A stretch of 50,279 nucleotides of DNA from an uncultured bacterium (GCA_905215665.1 CAJMQR010000001.1:1-50279), one strand, 5' to 3'. Shown: positions 26,901 to 36,235, numbered from the stretch's first letter. The notes: generated from the letters alone by a model not told the origin. Program-made: numbers and translations.

Positions 26901-29030
26901 GGGAAGCGGTTTTTCCGGTGTGCTGCCCGGGCCGGAATAGCCCCACATCATCCATGAATAAACTCCTGCGTGAAGACGCTCTGTAAAATCAGAATACTTA
27001 TCAGCATGCCCATCAAAGTCCAGCAGAATCTTGATGATGTCATTGTTTGCATCTTCTGTGGCGTCAGTGATCTGGCCCGCGAGAAAAATACCCTGTTCGT
27101 TCCACCGGATCTGATACCAGCCGGTGGTTTGTGCCTCTCCGTCGACCACACGCTGTATCATGGGATATTTTTCGGAATCCCCCCACTCGGTCAGCTTGCC
27201 GTCCACAGTGACCTTGCCGTATTCGGCTGCGCCGGACTTGACCTCAGCGTTCTCGGGGCCGCCGTTGGCCGCGTACGCCATCAGCAATTCCTTGAGCTTC
27301 TCGGTGATCCTCTCATAACCGGCCTGAGAGGGATGGGTGTTGTCGTCAGAGATCTCCACAGCCCACTGCGTTGTCTCAGAAAGAAACACCGTGTTTCCAT
27401 CCGCGCGGCAGATTTTCTTTGCCGCCTCGCGGATGGAGGACTGGCGCAATGCAGTGTTGTTGTCATTCAGCGCCTGCACAATGTAAATCGTTGCATCGGG
27501 ATAATAGCCGCGCAGCTTTTGCACAAAGGCGGCGTAATCATTGACGAAATTTTCGCTCTGTTCCTTTGTTTGCAGATAGTCATTCACGCCCAACGCGATA
27601 AAAATCGCAGTAGGCTGACGTTCTTCAGAAAAGCCGTCATAGGGAGTGTAGTCGGAAATCTTATCTATGGGACGCTCATAGTTGAAGAAAGCGCTCTCCA
27701 TGCCGATACGGGTCTCACCGTCCCAACCCTCCATCGGTTCCTTGTCATAGTAGCCAAAATTATAGTAGCCCCAGCCGGAGGCCTTGTCGTTATAGTAGCC
27801 GCCGTCCTCATCACACAGGGAAATGCCGCCCAGCGCATAGACCGTCCAGTCCCAGCCTGCCAGACGCGCAGAGTTGAATGTCCCGCTGCGGTGATCCTCG
27901 GAGATGGAATCACCGATGAACATAGCGTAATACGGCTTGGCCTCTGTTCTGGTCACTGCGGCGTCCTTGGCAACGTAGAAACCCTTGAGGTTCATGCCGG
28001 GACCGTAGACACGGACGGTATGTTTGTCCTCGCCTGCGACCTGGATCTTCATCAGGCCTTCAGCCGCATCGTATTCCGTAATGTTGCCATCCAGTTCCAC
28101 GGCGATGGAGGACTTCCTTGCAAGATCCAGATACAAAACGGAACCCGTGAAGTCAAAAGTCACACTGGGGGTAGTCCAATAGGAGATTTTCACACCGTCT
28201 TCTTCCTTCCAACGGCCCAGATAGGTCAGACGCTCGTCGGTGCAGGAGATATAGTCGGTTTGCTCGCTCGGACCGGGCTGAAGCACCAGCTTCACCTCGC
28301 CGATCGTACTTAAATCGTCGTTCCAGTTCATTTTATCAGATGCCCAGCCGATGGTGGTATGCTTCGCGTCGTCCGCACTCTGGGCATCATTGCGGTCAAC
28401 CCACTGAAAATCAAAGCCAATGGTTCCGTTTTCCTGAAGGTGTGCCTTCATTTCGGTCGTGGGAATCAGGGCAAGCTCAAAGGAATAAATACCATTGTCA
28501 TACTTCGGTGCACAGGAATTGTAGGTCTCGCCGTCACCAAGAACATCGCTGCCCGCAGGAAGGCTGTCCCCTCTGTACGCATTGATCGCATTAAATGGTG
28601 CCGGATCCTTGGGATTGTTGTCGTTGAACCAGTAACCCCAGGTCATCCACGAATAGACACCCGCGTGGCTGCGCGTCCCAAAGCTGAGGTCTGCACCCGC
28701 AGCAGGACGGCCGTCAAAGTCCAGCAGGACTTTGAGAATGTCGTTTCCGTCGTTGGTCGCATCGGAGATCTGGCCGCCGACATAGAGCGCGTTTTCATCC
28801 CACATGAGTTTGATCCAGCCTGTGGTCTGCGCTTCGCCGTCTACCACCCGCTTGGTAAGCGGATAGCCCGGGCAGTTTTCCCATTCGCTCAGATCGCCAT
28901 CAAACGTCGGTGTTCCCTTGATAGCCTGCGCTTTCGGTTCCTCCGCCGCGCCTGTCTTAAACAGAGCGACCGCAGGGATCAGGGAAAGCAACATCGCCAT
29001 CGCCAGAATGAATGTGCAAACTCTTTTCAT
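23922..29030 (-). CDS. 1702-aa surface-anchored modular protein: signal peptide, CBM9-like domain, CE2-like SGNH esterase, four more CBM9-like domains, Fn3, C-terminal TM anchor
   Basis: Five repeats of DGxLxEW...W.....Y..GxIxD...WMTWG...GFDIQWVD...TTIGWAS; YLGRW, FIGDS, LGVND, DNTH; TITLAWEP...YAVQI; hydrophobic tail plus RKLRK. Confidence 0.85.
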   Translation of the reverse strand: MKRVCTFILAMAMLLSLIPAVALFKTGAAEEPKAQAIKGTPTFDGDLSEWENCPGYPLTKRVVDGEAQTTGWIKLMWDENALYVGGQISDATNDGNDILKVLLDFDGRPAAGADLSFGTRSHAGVYSWMTWGYWFNDNNPKDPAPFNAINAYRGDSLPAGSDVLGDGETYNSCAPKYDNGIYSFELALIPTTEMKAHLQENGTIGFDFQWVDRNDAQSADDAKHTTIGWASDKMNWNDDLSTIGEVKLVLQPGPSEQTDYISCTDERLTYLGRWKEEDGVKISYWTTPSVTFDFTGSVLYLDLARKSSIAVELDGNITEYDAAEGLMKIQVAGEDKHTVRVYGPGMNLKGFYVAKDAAVTRTEAKPYYAMFIGDSISEDHRSGTFNSARLAGWDWTVYALGGISLCDEDGGYYNDKASGWGYYNFGYYDKEPMEGWDGETRIGMESAFFNYERPIDKISDYTPYDGFSEERQPTAIFIALGVNDYLQTKEQSENFVNDYAAFVQKLRGYYPDATIYIVQALNDNNTALRQSSIREAAKKICRADGNTVFLSETTQWAVEISDDNTHPSQAGYERITEKLKELLMAYAANGGPENAEVKSGAAEYGKVTVDGKLTEWGDSEKYPMIQRVVDGEAQTTGWYQIRWNEQGIFLAGQITDATEDANNDIIKILLDFDGHADKYSDFTERLHAGVYSWMMWGYSGPGSTPEKPLPFNPLNAYGATLPAGNHILGDGKTANQLQRNYENGVYTFEMNLVPNEELKAMLKAGAEIGFDIQWVDFNGAASENDSKHTTVGWASNERSWNDDLGKTGKIKLVKTVEPEPELVAIARNDTPKVDGKLDEWEDEQKYELTRRVIDGEAQTTGWFKLKWDADTIYVAGHIDDPTMDENNDILKFAFDFDGVPAGESEVRFYERDHAGAYSWMTWGYHGEPDDDKNPAPWNPLNAWCSNLSSGSDVIGDTKNENRYVWNYSDGAYDFEIALHPAEGMKQYLKIGSSIGFDIQWVDLNGATDPHDTKNTTIGWASDKIDWGDDLRKLGTLEFADGPRTQPDPDQPDPDQPDPDQPDPDQPDPDQPDPDQPAYMNPKAEAIRETPTVDGDLSEWVGDTKYELTQRPVDGTATDTGWYMIRWSGDAIYVAGQITDATLDANNDIIKFILDFDGLATDSTYVNFSQRPNAGVHSWMTWGHNGGSATKPAAWNPKNTFGGKLAAGTVVLGDGINANAFEWRYADSAYCFEMALYPTAAMKEKLKVGTQLGFDIQWVDFNNASTPEDVKNTTIGWASPYADWGRDLRSLGTVTLLDGPGDTRLTSGGSSSGPGKQSYTNPTAEAAKGTPNVDGELREWATNTKYELTRRPVDGTAENTGWYKMKWDNNAIYIAGQIKDATEDANNDLVKVVFDFDGLVSSSELIDFSKRPNAGAFAWMTWGYCGGGSPVNPPAWNPKNTYGATTPAGAAILGDGVNANTFIWKYKDGCYDFEMALYPSSDLKEKLAEGTQIGFDIQWVDYNNASGPDDPKNTTIGWASPCDDWNTDLCSLGTVTLVGTPEISPLSATDGVGAVAEPTVTSTTITLAWEPTEGADSYLINVFAVTEEDGVKSHRYITSESAADTNTVIMNLDPNGSYAVQIIALDADGAQLAVYELCEVTTLLYDDAEDGTGIIKPVGEPSVPTQQKEEDSLPVWTVITIIGGGLVIALGALLLILRKLRKA
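25804..25898 (-). repeat. 15-bp tandem repeat (about 6.3 units) encoding a (QPDPD)6 linker
   Basis: Unit GGCTGATCGGGGTCR on the plus strand, in frame within the giant protein. Confidence 0.95.
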
Positions 29031-29054
29031 GTTTTTTTCTCCTTCCGTGATCTG

Positions 29055-30935
29055 TCACTTCACAAGCGTCAGATTTCCGAGGACGGTATAATCGCGGTAG
29101 CCGGTCCCTCCATAGTCGCTCCATGCGACGCAGGAATCACGGTCTCCGCTTCCCATGTCGTCGTTGATACCGAGGTCAAAACCGATAATCTTATTCTCCG
29201 TAACCATGTCCTTGACCAGATCATTCCAGGAGCACTTCGCCTCAATCGTATAGCCCGTGTCCGTGATGTTCACAGTGGCTTCGCAGTCAAATTCGTCCGA
29301 GATATCCAAGTTCGTAGACGGATTTGTAATAACGATATCACCAGCCGCAGTGATGTTGATTGCATACTGCGCGGGCGTATATGCCGCTGCCGAGCCCTCA
29401 TCGCGGATACGCGGAACATCGACGAAAACCGCAAGACCGTCACGGTGATACTGATCGCCGCGATTCTCCACAGGATAGGAATAGGACACCACACTGTCCG
29501 TGATCTCGGCATAAATATAGAGGTAATTCTCGTCCCACATAGCTCTGACCTTGCCGCGGGTATTCGTCGGAAGCATACCGGCTGCGCCCGCAACACGGTC
29601 GACCGACATCGGCACCGTCTCGTTCCACAGCTCCTCCGCCGTACCGTCAATGACGGGTGTACCATATTTAGCGATGCCGGAGCGGGTATACCAGTGGACA
29701 ATTCTGTCCTCGTAATTTTTGAGAGTCTCCTCGCTGCTCTTCTCGCCGTCGGGCAAATCAACCACGCGTTTTGCAAACTTTGGAAGGTTGACCGCCACAT
29801 AGTGCAGCTCAAAGGTTCCGGAGGTGCTCATCCACCAGTCGCCAGTCTTTGGCTTGTCTCCAACCGTATAGGTCATGTACATCGTGGGGGTATCGACCAT
29901 GCCATAGGGGTTCTTTACGAACTCTGCAAAGCAGCGCATCTTTGGCTCGTCGTCGCTGACAATCAGCTTGCTTGTTGTCATTTCCTTCCATGTGGGATAT
30001 TCCCAATTAATGCCGTCGTCAGATTCCTGAATATAGACGACCTCATTGTCCTTTTCGTTAGGATCACGTGCTTGAGGATTGGCACAAATCGTCATCATGA
30101 ATTTGTTCGTCAGGGTATTGTAGGTAAATCCAGCACCAGACTTGTCGAAGATGACAGGGCAATCCTTGTTCGCCGGAAAATGGATGCCATCATCGGAGAC
30201 CGCAAGACGCATTACATCGTCCTTGCCGTCATAGTAGTACATCATGAACTTTCCGTCCTTGTAGATGACGGAAGGCATGCCGGAGCCATAGAGCCCCTGG
30301 TGCCAGTTTTCCTTCTCCGGTTGCATAACAGGCAGCGGATCCTCGCCGCCATACCAATCGAGATGGATGCCGTCTGTAGAGGTGGCATGGACGATGGTGC
30401 CGTCACCATAAGCCGCGCCATAATCATCGGCGGTACTGCATGTTTCAAACCAGAAATAGTACTTTCCGTCTACATACACAACAGCAGGATCCGCAAGATG
30501 CTGCTTGATGTAAGTGGTGTTTTCCTTTACGGAACGCAGACGGTAAACAATTTGGATATTTGTCCAGTGTTTCAGGTCCGTGCTCTCTGCGTACCATACG
30601 CCATCCCATGGGGACGAACGTGTCCACCACATTTTATATACACCGTCAATATTCAAAATGCAGGAACCCCAGTCATAGCTGGCATCCACTGGAAAGGCAT
30701 CGAGCACCCAATTTCCAAGATCCTGAACAACAATGCTGTCGCCCGACCAGTCCTGATCCAGATCATTCGCCTGTGTGGGTTTGGCTACCGGCTCTGATAT
30801 CGCGCTGCTGGTTTCTGATCCGCCTATGTTCTCCGACAGTTGGGTTTCATTCTGCCGCGGGCCACAGCCCGTGACTACGGAAACAACCGTACCCACAGTC
30901 AGCAGCAGCGCGAGGAGTTTTCTCATTTTTTTCAT
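29055..30935 (-). CDS. Lipoprotein with five-bladed beta-propeller glycoside-hydrolase-like domain and C-terminal CBM9-like domain
   Basis: Lipobox VTGC; blades DGVYKMWW, ADPAVVYVDGKYYFWF, MPSVIYKDGKFMMYY; GTPVIDG...WDENYLY...IGFDLGINDD. Confidence 0.8.
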   Translation of the reverse strand: MKKMRKLLALLLTVGTVVSVVTGCGPRQNETQLSENIGGSETSSAISEPVAKPTQANDLDQDWSGDSIVVQDLGNWVLDAFPVDASYDWGSCILNIDGVYKMWWTRSSPWDGVWYAESTDLKHWTNIQIVYRLRSVKENTTYIKQHLADPAVVYVDGKYYFWFETCSTADDYGAAYGDGTIVHATSTDGIHLDWYGGEDPLPVMQPEKENWHQGLYGSGMPSVIYKDGKFMMYYYDGKDDVMRLAVSDDGIHFPANKDCPVIFDKSGAGFTYNTLTNKFMMTICANPQARDPNEKDNEVVYIQESDDGINWEYPTWKEMTTSKLIVSDDEPKMRCFAEFVKNPYGMVDTPTMYMTYTVGDKPKTGDWWMSTSGTFELHYVAVNLPKFAKRVVDLPDGEKSSEETLKNYEDRIVHWYTRSGIAKYGTPVIDGTAEELWNETVPMSVDRVAGAAGMLPTNTRGKVRAMWDENYLYIYAEITDSVVSYSYPVENRGDQYHRDGLAVFVDVPRIRDEGSAAAYTPAQYAINITAAGDIVITNPSTNLDISDEFDCEATVNITDTGYTIEAKCSWNDLVKDMVTENKIIGFDLGINDDMGSGDRDSCVAWSDYGGTGYRDYTVLGNLTLVK

Positions 30936-30961
30936 TAACTACACCTCCGAATGGTTTTGAA

Positions 30962-33565
30962 TTATTCATCAAAAGTAACTGTCAGCTCCGCTTCTGTAAC
31001 ACCTGCGGGAAGGATAATCCGTTCGTTTTCTGCATCGTAGGCGCCGATGTTCCAGAATATGGCTTTTTTCCCCTCCGGGTGCGGAAGACGGATGGAGATC
31101 TGTTCCGGTTGCGGAAAACCATCGGTGCCGACTTTTACTCGGGCCGTGATTCTGCCGGAGGCCGCCTCGCTGCGAATACTGCAATGCAGCATACCGTAGT
31201 AGGTTTTCAAGCCTTCAATACACAGTTCCTTGCCATCCTCAAGCCACTTTCTGGGAATTCCCTCCATCAGACGCAGCGCCTTGTTCTCCCAAATTTCGTA
31301 AACCATCATCCAGCGCCAACGCATCATAAACCACGTTTCTTCGTGTAGCTTATGGGGGCTAGCATGGAAGTAATGCTCCCAGAAGCTGTAAGTTCCACGA
31401 TCCGCCAGACTGGCCAGACCGCAGTAGAACTCCTGCAGGAAGAGTTTACGCTGATCAAGGCGGAGCTGCCCATATGGATGGGGACTATAATAGGGCTGGC
31501 TGAAGCATACGTTATTGATTGCAAGAAATTCAGAGGTGTACTCCAGAATCTCGCGGGACAGCGAATCCTCCGGCTCCAGAGCATCCTGAAGAATGAGGTA
31601 GGCTGCGCCGAGGATCTCCCGAATTACAAAGGAACCGTGGGTGTACCAATTTCCGCCGTCGGCATAGAGGCAGCAGGGGCCGGTATACTCCGGCCACATC
31701 GGACAGGACCGGATCCATTTACCGCTTGCCGTAGGGATAACCGGCGCGCGTTCCATACTTCTGACCAAGGTTTCGCGAATGTTCTCTTTCATTTCCGCAG
31801 CAACCGCAGCGTATTTTCGGCTGTGCTCCGGGTCAATGGTCTCGAGCATCTCACCCGCGCGGGCAAGGCCTGCATAGGCGCCCGCGTTGAGCATAAAAGA
31901 GTGATAATAATCGTTCGGATCCGCAATCTTCCCCTTAATCATGCCGTAGCCCATGCCATCCTTCAGGGAAGCGTCCAGATTCTCACGCCGCCAGTCGATC
32001 AGGAAATCGGCCGCCTTGACAATGGCGTCATGCACCTTGCTCAGCCAGCGCTTGTCACGTGTGATTCGCCAGTGCTCACCCATAGTCCACAGTGCGCTCC
32101 CGGTCTCCAGCATATACCCCGCAAAGTTCTGGATCATTCCGTTCGGGAGCTGCTTTTCCACAAAATACTGGATGGCACGCTCGGCAAGACCGTGCATCCC
32201 CATGGCATCGAGGATCTGAATGCCAGGAGAACTCTCGGAGCCGATGGCGGTATATACTCCGACGATCGGTACGACGGGCTCGTCCGGATTTTTGCCGAAA
32301 TAACCGATATCCTGATGGAGCAGGCCGGCCTTTATCATTTCCTCAATGCGTTTTTCCGGCAGATGGATACGTGCGCTCGCAGAAAGCTCCTTTTCCCAGA
32401 ACTCCACAGCCTCGGCAAAGCGGTCTTCAAAGCGATTGTTCAGAACTGCTACCGCTCGTGCCTCGTTCAGCGGGGTGTGGGGAATCATATAGTCAAATGT
32501 AACGGTCTCGCCGGGAGCCAGCAGCGCGGCGATCTCGCTGGCTGGCATGGGTTTGCCGTTCAGTTTTGCCATCGCACAGCAGCGATCCGTCATGCGGAAC
32601 CGAACAAGGCCCTTGGGCGCGTCATAATAGAATTTCTCAGCCTCCATCAGCGGAGCGGGCGCAAGCGAGAAGGCATAAGCAGGCGCGGTACTGCGGTTTT
32701 CCGCCACAACGCGCACATACAGGACGGTTTCCTCCTCTCTTGAGAACTCACCGTCGAGGATCTTGTCGGTGTATGCCTGGTGCTCCGGAGTTTGCATATA
32801 GCCGGAGCCGCAGGCGTCCGCTGCATACATATCTGTGCCGCGGATATTTTCACTCTTCAACGCCTGTTTTTCCAGCGTGGTAAAGAAGGTGGAGTGGTAG
32901 CACATTCCATCGTCATCATCAAAAACTTCGATGATGGGCAAATAGCCTTTGTAGAGTTTTTTGGAAACGATGTTGCGGCAGCCGATACCTCGGCCGTTGT
33001 GCAGGCGGATCGTGTAGATCTTACCCTCCAGCTCAGGCAGCTCCTTTTCGCGCGGCCCCAGCGAGAAAAAACGCGGCTGGATCTGATCGTAGATCTGTTC
33101 GTCGTTTCCCGCCTGGCCACCATGAACGGCGACTTGGAAGAAGCGCATATCCTTGGAAATACCGAGCCATGCCGGACATTTCAATTCATAGGTCTCTTTG
33201 GCGGCGCGGTCATAGTCGTATTCCTCGCCTTCCTCCACGGTTTCGCTCTTGCTCTTTGCTCCGGATACATCGATCTGTGCAAGGATCTCGTCATAACTGC
33301 GCGAATCATTTTCCTCTGTCACTGCGGCACCGCAGCTCGGCACGCAGATCGGATATTCCTTTTTTACATCGCGCAGGAAGAAACCGAATCCCGCATCTCC
33401 CTTCACCTGTACAAGTGTGGCGCAGGGACCGTAATCCAGCGTTTCGCCGCTAACGGTGATACAGGTGCATCCGGGCGTTTCCTCAATGCTCTCCAGCTTC
33501 CCGTACCGTACCGCCACCGTGACGGAAGCAGGGGGCGCCTTCCAGAGTACTCGAACTGTTTTCAT
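30962..33565 (-). CDS. Cytoplasmic six-hairpin (alpha/alpha)6 glycosidase-like protein, family uncertain
   Basis: Helical repeats (ALWTMGEHWRITRDKRWL, AADFLIDWR, NAGAYAGLARAGEML), FWEH, GIPRKWL...KTYYG tail; ATG 33565 after GAGGGG. Confidence 0.65.
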   Translation of the reverse strand: MKTVRVLWKAPPASVTVAVRYGKLESIEETPGCTCITVSGETLDYGPCATLVQVKGDAGFGFFLRDVKKEYPICVPSCGAAVTEENDSRSYDEILAQIDVSGAKSKSETVEEGEEYDYDRAAKETYELKCPAWLGISKDMRFFQVAVHGGQAGNDEQIYDQIQPRFFSLGPREKELPELEGKIYTIRLHNGRGIGCRNIVSKKLYKGYLPIIEVFDDDDGMCYHSTFFTTLEKQALKSENIRGTDMYAADACGSGYMQTPEHQAYTDKILDGEFSREEETVLYVRVVAENRSTAPAYAFSLAPAPLMEAEKFYYDAPKGLVRFRMTDRCCAMAKLNGKPMPASEIAALLAPGETVTFDYMIPHTPLNEARAVAVLNNRFEDRFAEAVEFWEKELSASARIHLPEKRIEEMIKAGLLHQDIGYFGKNPDEPVVPIVGVYTAIGSESSPGIQILDAMGMHGLAERAIQYFVEKQLPNGMIQNFAGYMLETGSALWTMGEHWRITRDKRWLSKVHDAIVKAADFLIDWRRENLDASLKDGMGYGMIKGKIADPNDYYHSFMLNAGAYAGLARAGEMLETIDPEHSRKYAAVAAEMKENIRETLVRSMERAPVIPTASGKWIRSCPMWPEYTGPCCLYADGGNWYTHGSFVIREILGAAYLILQDALEPEDSLSREILEYTSEFLAINNVCFSQPYYSPHPYGQLRLDQRKLFLQEFYCGLASLADRGTYSFWEHYFHASPHKLHEETWFMMRWRWMMVYEIWENKALRLMEGIPRKWLEDGKELCIEGLKTYYGMLHCSIRSEAASGRITARVKVGTDGFPQPEQISIRLPHPEGKKAIFWNIGAYDAENERIILPAGVTEAELTVTFDE

Positions 33566-33588
33566 CTTTCCAATCCCCTCCGATTGCT

Positions 33589-34638
33589 TTATTCGTAATC
33601 CTCTATCCTCCATTCGTCCTTCCAGTCAAGACGGGGACATTCCCCGTCGAAGCGCAGCGGCAGCCAGACGTAGTCGGCAATGGAGGTATCCTCATATGGT
33701 TTGTCTGCATTCCATGCGTCCAGCGCAGCCTGATGTGCGCCGGTCGGATGGAACATTTCCTCAAAGGCATCGGCATAGTGCTGATACGGCCGGTGCATTT
33801 CATTCGGCAGCCAGCGGTCGGCGCAGGCAATGTACAGATCCTTTTTTCCCTGCACCCGGAATACTGAGGAGATCTGGCTGTGAAAAGAGGTTCGGCTTGC
33901 GTCATTGGGATGGAGATCGCCCAGCACCCGGAAGGGGCCGTGCCAGCTTTCGCCCACAGCGACCTCAGATGGATTCGGCAGATAACCGGTCGTTCCGGAA
34001 GTAATCAGATAATGCAGGCCGTCGCGTTCAAAATGCGCAGGCGCCTCACGGACGAAGGGCGGATACTTCCTGGGAAAATGCGTGGAATAAAAACCCGTGA
34101 CATCGGTGTAGTCCTCCGTCAAATCTGCGCAGATCAGCTCACTGTGAACCCGCTCAAAATAGTAGTAGGCCTTGCTGTCCGGCGCAACAGCCAGATCAAA
34201 ATCACCCGCGCTCATGTTCAGCGGCCGCAGGCCGGTACGCACGCAGGTGTACGGGCCGAGCAGATTGTCAGCGATCAGGATCGTGGACTGCTGATCTCCA
34301 TTGAGCTTCATGATCTTGAGCCAGCAGACAAACTTTTTCGTCTGGCGGTTATAAATAATGTGCGGCCGGTCCATGAAAGCTGAAGGATGCAGCGGCGAAT
34401 CCGGGCAATCCGGTGTCGGCGGAATGATCAGGCCCAAATCTTCCCAGTTGTACAAATCAGCAGAACGGTAGCACCGAACCCCCCAATGCCAAATTCCCCT
34501 TCGCGGGTCTGTTTTTTCCTTGTTTTCTCCGTACCAGTAGTACATTCCCCGCCAATACAGAACGGAGCCGCCATGCGCTTGGATCCGTTTCCCATCCGTG
34601 TCCAGCCAGATGCGGCCCGGACGTATCGAATCGTACAT
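33589..34638 (-). CDS. GH43 glycoside hydrolase, subfamily 24-like (exo-beta-1,3-galactanase-like motifs)
   Basis: IQAHGG, YYWYGE, REAPA, HSQIS, ADRW motifs; no signal peptide. Confidence 0.8.
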   Translation of the reverse strand: MYDSIRPGRIWLDTDGKRIQAHGGSVLYWRGMYYWYGENKEKTDPRRGIWHWGVRCYRSADLYNWEDLGLIIPPTPDCPDSPLHPSAFMDRPHIIYNRQTKKFVCWLKIMKLNGDQQSTILIADNLLGPYTCVRTGLRPLNMSAGDFDLAVAPDSKAYYYFERVHSELICADLTEDYTDVTGFYSTHFPRKYPPFVREAPAHFERDGLHYLITSGTTGYLPNPSEVAVGESWHGPFRVLGDLHPNDASRTSFHSQISSVFRVQGKKDLYIACADRWLPNEMHRPYQHYADAFEEMFHPTGAHQAALDAWNADKPYEDTSIADYVWLPLRFDGECPRLDWKDEWRIEDYE

Positions 34639-34653
34639 TCAGAGCTTCCTTTC

Positions 34654-35463
34654 TCAGACAAGGCGTCTGCCTACAGCGTTTTCCATGTTCTCGCAGAGGA
34701 TTTTCCGCTTGAGCGCATCCGGCAGACCGCTCAACAGCACCCGGCCAAGCAGGGCACGCGGGTCGTTGAAGGTCTGATCCGTGCTGAACACGAATTTCCC
34801 CTCGGGTGCCATCTTCACCAGCTCCTCAATCCAGAGTTCGGAATACAAAGATCCGTTGATATCGCAATATACATTTTCATATTCCCGGGCGAGACGCAAG
34901 GTGTCCATACAGCCCGCGTGCGTGCCGCCCATGTGTCCAACTAACAGCCGCAGCTGCGGATGCCTTTCCAGAACGCGTGAAAAGGAGGCAGGACGGTTGT
35001 TTGGCTCCGTATCCCAAGTGTGGCAGAGAATCAGAATTCCGTTCTTCTCCGCATACTCAAACAGCGTGTCGTACTCGCCGGTGTCCAGATAGGCGTTGTC
35101 CTCGCGCGGATGGATCTTGACGCCGACAAAGCGCGGATGCGATTTACTTTCTTCGATCTGCTGCATCAGCGGCAAGTGCAGCCGCGGACAATACCAGAGG
35201 TAGAAGTCCAGCATCTCATATTTCCCGCACTGCTCGATCATCCATCGGTTTTCCTGCACGGTGTTGCAGCAGCCCATTGCGCCCATCGCCATCCCGGCGA
35301 TCTTTTGGATGCCGCAGCGGCGCGCCAAAGCAAGGCTTTGCTCGAGTGGCATGGAATGTAAATAAAGATTCGTATAGCGGTTTTCTCCGATGTGGGCGTG
35401 GGCGTCAAACACCCGAAGGTCGGACGGCAGCTCACCTCGAAGCGCACAGTCGCGCAGATTCAT
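34654..35463 (-). CDS. Amidohydrolase_2-family metallohydrolase
   Basis: DAHAH, GVKIHP, CHTW, GHMGG, FSTD motifs; ATG overlaps the upstream TGA. Confidence 0.85.
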   Translation of the reverse strand: MNLRDCALRGELPSDLRVFDAHAHIGENRYTNLYLHSMPLEQSLALARRCGIQKIAGMAMGAMGCCNTVQENRWMIEQCGKYEMLDFYLWYCPRLHLPLMQQIEESKSHPRFVGVKIHPREDNAYLDTGEYDTLFEYAEKNGILILCHTWDTEPNNRPASFSRVLERHPQLRLLVGHMGGTHAGCMDTLRLAREYENVYCDINGSLYSELWIEELVKMAPEGKFVFSTDQTFNDPRALLGRVLLSGLPDALKRKILCENMENAVGRRLV

Positions 35464-36197
35464 CAGCCGCATCTCCTTTCCATGATCCGCTCAAAGTTCC
35501 CAAAGGCAATCATTTCGCGCTGTTCAGGCGAAAGATCGCTGTAAAGAAGCTGATAAATCTTGTCATAAGGCTCCTTGGCCGGCATTCCCGTGCCGAACAG
35601 GAGCTTTTCCGCACCAACGCACTGTACAAGGCTTTCCAGACCGTAGTATTCAATCACATTGGAAATGTCCAGTACAACGTTGGGAAAGGTCTTCACAAAC
35701 TGAACATACTGACGGTTCATCCACTGGGTCGTATTCGTCAGGACGAGCACCAGCCCGGGATGCCGTGTCTTCAAAGCAGCTAGATCGTCCATGTCCACTT
35801 CCTCCAGCGAGATCAGAAGCGGCGCCTTTATCTGCTCAAACAGCTCGAACACGCCGGGAAACAGCCATTGCTTGAGTGGCGCAGCATCCAGATGTGGATG
35901 TATGCGGAAGGCCGCGCCCTGCTCGGCCAGACGGGCAAGCTCGTCGAGGGTATAGCATTCCTCGGGAAACGTCAGTGGCAGCAGTCGCAGAACCGGCACG
36001 TCACCGCGCTGCCTGCACAGGCTGAGTGTCCGCTCGTTCATCTGGCGAACCGTCATGCCGCAGCGGTCGGCGCAGAAAAGCGCGCGAACGACAATCTGGT
36101 TGTCGTCACAGACCCGATTGAGCTGCTCAAAGGTGGCGGCAAACATTCCATCGAGACAGCTCGAACGGTAACAGCAGTTTACGTCTTTATACTTCAC
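35463..36197 (-). CDS. Degenerate amidohydrolase-fold protein
   Basis: C-terminal GAEKLLFGTGMP...GNFERI match, but no HxH and catalytic Asp replaced by Gly; GTG 36197 after GAAAGAGG. Confidence 0.7.
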   Translation of the reverse strand: MKYKDVNCCYRSSCLDGMFAATFEQLNRVCDDNQIVVRALFCADRCGMTVRQMNERTLSLCRQRGDVPVLRLLPLTFPEECYTLDELARLAEQGAAFRIHPHLDAAPLKQWLFPGVFELFEQIKAPLLISLEEVDMDDLAALKTRHPGLVLVLTNTTQWMNRQYVQFVKTFPNVVLDISNVIEYYGLESLVQCVGAEKLLFGTGMPAKEPYDKIYQLLYSDLSPEQREMIAFGNFERIMERRCG

Positions 36198-36235
36198 TGA
36201 CTGGTCGCCCTCTTTCCCCACAAAGCCGTCTTTTT

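Noticed and set aside
28359..30797. 812-aa plus-strand ORF and other long antisense ORFs (e.g. 5015-6616, 6659-8068, 10684-12162, 26970-28313, 31352-32743)
   Set aside because: Shadow frames opposite well-supported genes in GC-rich DNA; no motifs or RBS.
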